Of a stretch of 32,000 nt of DNA, positions 25,963 through 32,000 are shown piece by piece. This DNA is from an uncultured bacterium (GTDB lineage: Bacteria; Babelota; Babeliae; Babelales; Vermiphilaceae): the NCBI GenBank assembly GCA_963702025.1, contig OY969699.1, positions 1,176,279 through 1,208,278 of the forward strand. Direction: 5' to 3'. A program made the translations under genes and the position numbers. Numbering within the stretch: the stretch's first letter is position 1; every line of letters begins with the position of its first letter. The notes under the pieces are model-generated. The model ran no database searches. It had not been told where the DNA came from and worked only from the letters and a program-made list of their open reading frames with translations.

Positions 25963-27642
25963 CTACTTTCTATTTGCTTGCCGTGCAATACAGGCAACAA
26001 TAAATCCCTCAAAAAGCGGGCTTGGGTTTCCAAGCCTGCTTTTAAATTCAGGATGTGCTTGGGTGGCAATAAAAAATGGATGGTCCGCAATTTCTAAAAA
26101 TTCCATTAAGCGTGTGCCATCATGCCGTTCATGATAACCGGAAAATGTAATGCCTTTTTGTTCCAGCACATCAACATACACCGGATTCACTTCATAGCGA
26201 TGACGGTGCCGTTCATTCACGACATATTTTTCCTCGTAATACTCTACTTTATTAGCTTTTGCGTAGAGTTGCGCCACTTTACTTTCTTTTTTTACGGTGG
26301 CCGCATACCCGCCAAGCCGCATCGAGCCACCGATAGAATGCTCGGCAAGCATCTGTTTTTGGGTAGGTAAAATGTCGATAATAGGAAATTCAGTAGCATC
26401 ATTCACTTCTGTGGTATGTGCCGTTTTTAAATTGCAACTAGTGCGCGCAAATTCAACGGCAGCCAGCTGCATGCCATAACAAAGTCCCAGATAAGGAATA
26501 TTATTGTGCCGAACATAGCCGATTGTAGAAATCTTTCCTTCCACGCCAGCACTGCCAAAGCCACCGGGAATAATTACCCCATCAAAAAGAGCAAGTATCT
26601 TGAGCTGCTCAAGATTCGTTGTTTCAAACATCTGCGCATTGATCCAATTAATTTCAATGCCAATATTATGCTGCGCCCCGGCATGTACCAATGCCTGATA
26701 AATGCTCACATAACTATCAGTGAGACTAAAATCACCAATGTCCAAATATTTACCCACAATAGCAATTTTGACTTTATAGGATGGATTTTTGATTGCGTTA
26801 ACCAATCCGTTCCACCTTTGCCAATCCGGCACTCTTTTAGATGGTAAATGGAAATGGCGCAACACTTTTTGCCCGAGTTGCTCACGTTCCAGGTAGAGGG
26901 GCATTTCGTACACCGTATCGATATCAGGCGCAGAGATAATTTGATCTGCATGCACATAAGAACATTGTTCTATCTTTTTCTTGCGAATTTCATCAAGCGG
27001 CTGCTTTGCACGGCAAATGATAAAATCAGGCAAAATTCCTTCTTGCCCCAGAAGCCGTACGGCTTGTTGCGTCGGTTTTGTCTTCATCTCTTGCATATGA
27101 TCAGGAATCGGCAAGTAGGTGACCAACACATAGGCGATACTGTCAGCGCCAAGTTCCCGCTCTAAACCTTTGATTGCAAATAAAAATGGCACGTTTTCAT
27201 AATCACCGACGGTGCCCCCCAATTCTATAATGGCAATCTCATAGCCTGCTGATGCATCTAGGATGCGGCGTTTAACTTCATCCAAAATATGGGGCATAAA
27301 TTGTACCGTTTGGCCCAAATATTCGCCACGTCGTTCACGATCAATAACCGTCTTATAAATTTGGCCGGTGGTTATGTTATTTTTCTTGGGGATATCTTCA
27401 TCTAAAAATCGTTCATAGGTACCCAAATCTTGGTCAATTTCGCCGCCATCTTCTGTTACCCAGACTTCGCCATGTTCCGTGGGCCTCAAAGTCCCTGCGT
27501 CGTAATTGATATACGGATCAATCTTAATTAAGGTGGTTTTATACCCATGTTCTTTTAAAATCTTGCCCAAGGATGCCGTGGTTACGCCTTTGCCAACCCC
27601 GGAAATAACTCCTCCTGCAACAACAATAAATTTTGTATTCAT
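25963..27642 (-). CDS. pyrG: CTP synthase
   Basis: N-terminal KFIVVAGGVISGVGKG and the glutamine amidotransferase domain (GLCYGMQ, HRHRYEVN); 559 aa. Confidence 0.95.
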   Translation of the reverse strand: MNTKFIVVAGGVISGVGKGVTTASLGKILKEHGYKTTLIKIDPYINYDAGTLRPTEHGEVWVTEDGGEIDQDLGTYERFLDEDIPKKNNITTGQIYKTVIDRERRGEYLGQTVQFMPHILDEVKRRILDASAGYEIAIIELGGTVGDYENVPFLFAIKGLERELGADSIAYVLVTYLPIPDHMQEMKTKPTQQAVRLLGQEGILPDFIICRAKQPLDEIRKKKIEQCSYVHADQIISAPDIDTVYEMPLYLEREQLGQKVLRHFHLPSKRVPDWQRWNGLVNAIKNPSYKVKIAIVGKYLDIGDFSLTDSYVSIYQALVHAGAQHNIGIEINWINAQMFETTNLEQLKILALFDGVIIPGGFGSAGVEGKISTIGYVRHNNIPYLGLCYGMQLAAVEFARTSCNLKTAHTTEVNDATEFPIIDILPTQKQMLAEHSIGGSMRLGGYAATVKKESKVAQLYAKANKVEYYEEKYVVNERHRHRYEVNPVYVDVLEQKGITFSGYHERHDGTRLMEFLEIADHPFFIATQAHPEFKSRLGNPSPLFEGFIVACIARQANRK

Positions 27643-27727
27643 ATGATTTCCAAATCAAACTCAAAAAAACCAACTCGGTAATTGTAGCAAACTACGCACG
27701 ACTTATCTAACAAGAAATATACGGTAA

Positions 27728-28978
27728 TTACAACAACAATCCAACAACCATGGCAGAAAGTAGATTAGCAAGTGAACTTCCTAGTACCGCATACAATCCC
27801 AACTGGGTAATCGTGTGTTGTTTATCCGGCGCTAATGCACCAATCATGCCAATTTGTATGCCGATACAAGAAAAGTTGGAAAAACCACAAAGGGCATACA
27901 CCAAAATAGTAAAAGTACGCGGACTCACCGCCGCTTTGGCAAGCTCACTAAAGGCAACCAACTCATTGACCGACACTTTAATGCCCAGCAATTTACTCGC
28001 TTGCCATAATTCAGCGCCGGTAAACCCCAGTAAATAAGCAAACGGAGCAAAGAGATACGAAAGGATCAGTGCAATGCTTAGCTGAGGAAGTTGTAGCGAA
28101 AACCATTGATTCAAATGATGACTGATGGACCCCAATAAATAATCCCCCAATGCCAATAATGCCAAGAAGGAGATTAACATCGCCGCAACACCGAGGGCAA
28201 GTTGTAATCCATCCATAGTTCCTTTAGCTATAGCATCAAAACTATTTGATCTCTTTTTTTCGAATTTAATAGCTAAATTATGTTCCACTGATGATTTTTG
28301 CGTTTCGGGAATCAATATTTTAGCAATAAATATCGATGCAGGAATACTCATCACACTCGCCGTTAACAAATGTCCACCGGGCATACCGATCAATGTATAA
28401 ATCACGAAGACCGAAATACTGATCGCTGCCATGCCGCTGCACATCAGCACAAAAAGTTCTGAACGCGTCATCAAATGAATATAATTACTCATAAAAAGAG
28501 CCGCTTCCGTTTGCCCTAAAATACTATTGGCAATTGCTGTCATCGTCTCAATGCCCGATGCGCCAATCAAAGGTCTAATAATGGCGTTTAAGCCAATTAC
28601 CAAACGTTGGATAATGCCCCAATGGAATAAAAGCCCCGTGAGTGCGCCGACAAAAATTATTACGGGCAACACTTTAACTGCAAAAATGAAACCCCACGGT
28701 AGCGTATGATCGCCAAGTTTACCAAACATAAATTCAATACCTTTGTCGGCAAACACATATAACATGCCGGCAGCATCCGCTATTTTACCAACAACAACTT
28801 GCCCCCAAGAGGTTCGTAACATGGCAAAAGCAAAGACAAAATGAAGCGCCAGCGCACTCAGAATTAATCGCAGATTGATTGCGCGCCGATTTTTTGAGAA
28901 AGCATATGCGATGAGCGCAATTACTAGAATGCCGACAATATTTAAATAACGATTATATTCGATGAAATAAGAAAGCAT
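27728..28978 (-). CDS. nupC: NupC/CNT-family nucleoside transporter
   Basis: Polytopic membrane protein with CNT-like segments (GILVIALIAYAFSKNRRAINLR, GQTEAALF, ELVAFSEL, ALCGFSNFSCIGIQIG). The start is set at MLSYF (28978), preceded by AAGGA. Confidence 0.85.
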   Translation of the reverse strand: MLSYFIEYNRYLNIVGILVIALIAYAFSKNRRAINLRLILSALALHFVFAFAMLRTSWGQVVVGKIADAAGMLYVFADKGIEFMFGKLGDHTLPWGFIFAVKVLPVIIFVGALTGLLFHWGIIQRLVIGLNAIIRPLIGASGIETMTAIANSILGQTEAALFMSNYIHLMTRSELFVLMCSGMAAISISVFVIYTLIGMPGGHLLTASVMSIPASIFIAKILIPETQKSSVEHNLAIKFEKKRSNSFDAIAKGTMDGLQLALGVAAMLISFLALLALGDYLLGSISHHLNQWFSLQLPQLSIALILSYLFAPFAYLLGFTGAELWQASKLLGIKVSVNELVAFSELAKAAVSPRTFTILVYALCGFSNFSCIGIQIGMIGALAPDKQHTITQLGLYAVLGSSLANLLSAMVVGLLL

Positions 28979-29171
28979 GAAAATCCTTATGTTGTTACTT
29001 CTTTGTAACCAATAATTGCAAAACATTTATCTAAAATATCTTTTGCATACCTATCCCTTATTAATTAAAACAACTAGGCAAAAGTATAACGGAAAAATAA
29101 GAAAAAAAAGTAAATTTATTTATTTTATGAGCAAAACCCTTTTTTTTGGTTTTGATAGTTGAATAAACAAT

Positions 29172-29199
29172 AAAAAAGGCCCGTATCGCTACGGACCTT
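29172..29199 (-). terminator. rho-independent terminator of paralogue A
   Basis: Minus strand AAGGTCCGTA-GCGA-TACGGGCCTT followed by a T-run. Confidence 0.65.
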
Positions 29200-29647
29200 C
29201 ATAATTAAAGAAGCAGATTATATATTAGCCTTTTGGAACCGGCTGTTGAAGTGCGTCAGAACCGCTTATTTTTGCGCGTTTTAGCATTTCTGCTTTATTA
29301 TTTTTAAATGTTCGTTGATCAGCATCTGCTTGGATATATTCTCTTGCAGCCCCATCACTAAATACTGCTTGATAAATCTGATTACCTGGCTTGTTAGGAT
29401 CTGGAGACGTACGTATTTCAAAGCCAATTACATTTGCCGGAAGAATTGTTTCTCTTCCCAAAAAGTTTTTTATTTTCTTAGCACCAACGCTCGCTAATAC
29501 GGCACCTTCATGGAGTGGTACTAAATTATCATGTAACGTTACAATAACGTAATAGACGTCTCCGGTTCTCCATTCAGCAAATCTCCCACTGTTTCCACGA
29601 GGAACATCTGGGTGGAATGCATTGGTTTCACCACGGTGTAAACGACC
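29196..29647. repeat. near-identical 452-bp block, copy 1 (3' half of paralogue A plus its terminator)
   Basis: Matches 30071..30522 at a fixed 875-nt offset, with about 5 mismatches by eye. Confidence 0.85.
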
Positions 29648-30013
29648 AAGAAGATCTTGTATTTGGGTTCCGAACACTTGGTTAGCCAATTTTAACGTTT
29701 CTGCAGTCAAATTAAGTCCGCCAGCAAATGCCATTGAAAATCCTACTGTTGGACCTGCAAGGATTACTCCTAGCGGCATACTTACACCCTTAGCTTTATC
29801 AAGAACGTCCACAATGGTATCTGGAACATGTAATGTAAGTGCGTATGCTTTATGCTGTTTCATCGCATCAGCGGCGCTATTTGCTTTATAGGCATAAATA
29901 TCAACTGCTGGGAGCACACTACCACTTCCATGGACAATCGCATACGCTTGCATTAAAGACCCGGTACATAAAAGCAGGGCCACGCTCATTATTTTTACAA
30001 AAGATGGCTTCAT
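29225..30013 (-). CDS. hypothetical secreted protein, tandem paralogue A (262 aa)
   Basis: AAGGA Shine-Dalgarno and signal peptide SVALLLCTGSLMQAYA. No domain recognised. The C-terminal 137 aa differ from paralogue B at one residue. Confidence 0.65.
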   Translation of the reverse strand: MKPSFVKIMSVALLLCTGSLMQAYAIVHGSGSVLPAVDIYAYKANSAADAMKQHKAYALTLHVPDTIVDVLDKAKGVSMPLGVILAGPTVGFSMAFAGGLNLTAETLKLANQVFGTQIQDLLGRLHRGETNAFHPDVPRGNSGRFAEWRTGDVYYVIVTLHDNLVPLHEGAVLASVGAKKIKNFLGRETILPANVIGFEIRTSPDPNKPGNQIYQAVFSDGAAREYIQADADQRTFKNNKAEMLKRAKISGSDALQQPVPKG

Positions 30014-30047
30014 TTTTTCCTTTTTTGATTTAAAAATACTACTCGAG

Positions 30048-30074
30048 AAAAAGGCCCGTATTGCTACGAGCCTT
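30048..30074 (-). terminator. rho-independent terminator of paralogue B
   Basis: Minus strand AAGGCTCGTA-GCAA-TACGGGCCTT followed by TTTC. It lies only about 35 nt upstream of the paralogue A start. Confidence 0.5.
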
Positions 30075-30522
30075 CATAATTAAAGAAGCAGATTATATAT
30101 TAGCCTTTTGGAACTGGTTGTTCAAGTGCGTCAGAACCGCTTATTTTTGCGCGTTTTAGCATTTCTGCTTTATTATTTTTAAATGTTCGTTGATCAGCAT
30201 CTGCTTGGATATATTCTCTTGCAGCCCCATCACTAAATACTGCTTGATAAATCTGATTACCTGGCTTGTTAGGATCTGGAGACGTACGTATTTCAAAGCC
30301 AATTACATTTGCCGGAAGAATTGTTTCTCTTCCCAAAAAGTTTTTTATTTTCTTAGCACCAACGCTTGCCAATACGGCACCTTCATGGAGTGGTACTAAA
30401 TTATCATGTAACGTTACAATAACGTAATAGACGTCTCCGGTTCTCCATTCAGCAAATCTCCCACTGTTTCCACGAGGAACATCTGGGTGGAATGCATTGG
30501 TTTCACCACGGTGTAAACGACC
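30071..30522. repeat. near-identical 452-bp block, copy 2 (3' half of paralogue B plus its terminator)
   Basis: See 29196..29647. Confidence 0.85.
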
Positions 30523-30888
30523 GAGAAGGCCTTGTATTTGGGTTCCAAACATTTTATTCGCTTCTATTAAGACCTTTGCGGTGATATCGAATCCTTGAGC
30601 AACGGCAACTGAAAATCCTTCAGTTGGACCGGCAAGAGCTGCCCCTATTGGCGCACTTACACCCTTTGCTACCTCTAACACGTCTGCGACTGCACCTGGA
30701 ACACTTAATGTAAGTGCATAAGCTTTATGCTGCCTGATTGCATCCTTGGCATCTTTAGCTTTGTAGGCATAAATATCAACTGCAGGAAGCGCACTCCCGC
30801 TTCCATGAACAATAGCATACCCATGTAATAATGGTCCGGCAAACAAGAGCAATCCAACGCTCCATGTTTTTAGAAATAATAACTTCAT
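30100..30888 (-). CDS. hypothetical secreted protein, tandem paralogue B (262 aa)
   Basis: AAAGGAG Shine-Dalgarno and signal peptide SVGLLLFAGPLLHGYA. The N-terminal ~125 aa are only roughly two-thirds identical to paralogue A. Confidence 0.65.
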   Translation of the reverse strand: MKLLFLKTWSVGLLLFAGPLLHGYAIVHGSGSALPAVDIYAYKAKDAKDAIRQHKAYALTLSVPGAVADVLEVAKGVSAPIGAALAGPTEGFSVAVAQGFDITAKVLIEANKMFGTQIQGLLGRLHRGETNAFHPDVPRGNSGRFAEWRTGDVYYVIVTLHDNLVPLHEGAVLASVGAKKIKNFLGRETILPANVIGFEIRTSPDPNKPGNQIYQAVFSDGAAREYIQADADQRTFKNNKAEMLKRAKISGSDALEQPVPKG

Positions 30889-31000
30889 CGCAACTCCTTT
30901 TTAGAAAAATAGTATTACATTTGGCTCTATAAAAGACCTAGCATAGAGAAGCGTTTATTTGCAATATTTGAATCTGAAGTTCGGACATAAATAGAAGAGA

Positions 31001-31052
31001 CTCCTGTTCTGGTGTATTTTTAAAAAAAACAAAGAAACACCAAAAACAGGAG
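31001..31052 (+). promoter_or_regulatory. hairpin sequestering the transposase Shine-Dalgarno
   Basis: CTCCTGTTCTGGTGT (31001-31015) pairs with ACACCAAAAACAGGAG (31037-31052). The 3' arm contains the AGGAG located 4 nt before the ATG at 31057. Confidence 0.5.
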
Positions 31053-31056
31053 AATC

Positions 31057-32000
31057 ATGATTGCCAAAAAAGATATCATAAAAATGATTAATTCGCTAAA
31101 AGTATTTAACATTCATGTTGCCGACTTCATCGGATCGATGATTTGGGGGTTCCAACAAGCAAAAAAGCTTAGAATTTCCAGCATTTCTGCTGCATCACCC
31201 GGCAAGTATGAATCTAACTATAAAAACATCACAAGATCTCTAAATAAATTAGAAGTTTCTCAGCTTTCAGAAGCTCTTTTGTCATTTCAGGACCAAGCGA
31301 GTGATATCCTATTGCTCGATTTTACTGAGATGACTCGAAAAAATGCTAAACGCACTGCTTATATTGGATATTTAAAAGATGGAGAAACACTTGGCTACAG
31401 CATATTGGCACTGAGTGTACCATTCAAAGGAAGATCTAAAATAATATTTGCTGATGTAATATCTTCTTCAATCATTGCTGAGAGCGCAACTGGAAAGTGG
31501 AAGCTTATTCAAGAAGCTTTACGCCCATTAATTCCTTTGCTTCAGAGTAAGATAATTGTCATTGATCGTGAACTTTGCAATGAGGAGATGATCAAGTTCT
31601 TTCATAAACATCAAATTCATTATTCAATACGCTTAAAAATAAGTGCTGGAAAAAACCAAATTATTATTACTGACAAAAAAGGCAGCAGGATTAACATTTC
31701 TATTACTCGCGGCTCAAAGAAAAATTGGAAAGGGGTTTATTATAAAGGGAAAATCAAAGTAAATATTGCTGCTGAATGGCAAAGCAATATGCCTGAGCCA
31801 ATGTATATAATTACAGATTGTCAGCCAAGTGAAGGTTTAAAATACTATAAAAAACGCATGAAAATAGAGGAAAGTTTCAAAGATATAAAAGATAAATTGG
31901 GCTTTACAAAAATCATGAATAAAACTTTAGGCAATCTCCTTAAAATGCTCCTCATTGGATTAATTGCCTACAATCTATTGATTTTGATAGGCGAAATGCT
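31057..32000 (+). CDS. IS4-family (DDE_Tnp_1) transposase, 3'-truncated by the window end
   Basis: My own translation from ATG 31057 is open to nt 32000 (314 codons). Candidate catalytic residues are LLLDFTE, VIDRE and an exact Y(2)R(3)E(6)K signature in YKKRMKIEESFKDIK. It is absent from the ORF track because no stop lies in the window. Confidence 0.8.
   Translation, partial: MIAKKDIIKMINSLKVFNIHVADFIGSMIWGFQQAKKLRISSISAASPGKYESNYKNITRSLNKLEVSQLSEALLSFQDQASDILLLDFTEMTRKNAKRTAYIGYLKDGETLGYSILALSVPFKGRSKIIFADVISSSIIAESATGKWKLIQEALRPLIPLLQSKIIVIDRELCNEEMIKFFHKHQIHYSIRLKISAGKNQIIITDKKGSRINISITRGSKKNWKGVYYKGKIKVNIAAEWQSNMPEPMYIITDCQPSEGLKYYKKRMKIEESFKDIKDKLGFTKIMNKTLGNLLKMLLIGLIAYNLLILIGEM

Larger units (their letters stand above)
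31001..32000 (+). mobile_element. insertion sequence, left part (left boundary not determined)
   Basis: Transposase ORF plus upstream hairpin. The terminal inverted repeat cannot be defined without the right end. Confidence 0.55.

Noticed and set aside
25889-26134. 81-aa plus-strand ORF beginning inside repeat copy d and running antisense into pyrG
   Set aside because: It overlaps the pyrG C-terminus antisense and starts within the structured repeat. It has no RBS.
1-32000. Scan for CRISPR arrays, rRNA, tmRNA, RNase P or riboswitch-like leaders
   Set aside because: No regularly spaced direct repeats were seen and no recognisable conserved RNA cores apart from the single tRNA. Most intergenic regions are short.

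Overview
Compact, AT-rich bacterial chromosomal window with no rRNA genes and no CRISPR array. The housekeeping backbone is confidently recognisable from the translations: rodA, ruvB, a YebC/PmpR-family regulator, a YicC-family protein, dnaE, tRNA-Phe(GAA), pheS, galU, ppsA, pyrG and a NupC-type nucleoside transporter. Between these sit many orphan genes whose products carry signal peptides or membrane anchors. (1) Two diverged tandem paralogues lie at 3-1848. (2) A five-gene surface-protein island at 6169-12668 encodes a cysteine-rich beta-barrel OMP, an orphan family-3 solute-binding-like protein, two parallel beta-helix proteins and a 546-aa orphan. (3) Two translationally coupled small CxxC proteins lie at 19924-20390. 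(4) Three consecutive signal-plus-TM proteins lie at 22960-25450, the last a coiled-coil protein ending in a PPPY motif. (5) Two 262-aa tandem paralogues at 29225-30888 have 3' halves that are almost identical at the DNA level and clearly diverged 5' halves. An IS4-family DDE transposase ORF starts at 31057 and runs off the window end; it is absent from the supplied ORF track. The most unusual signal is a roughly 40-54 nt structured repeat present four times. It has two stems with compensatory substitutions and invariant internal-loop sequences (TTCGATAY and TACTCA). Two inverted copies tightly bracket a 95-aa GIY-YIG nuclease gene at 25498-25920, an arrangement like a REPtron but with a GIY-YIG nuclease in place of a RAYT transposase. 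All functional calls rest on motif recognition by eye; no database search was possible. Taxonomy cannot be assigned from this window.
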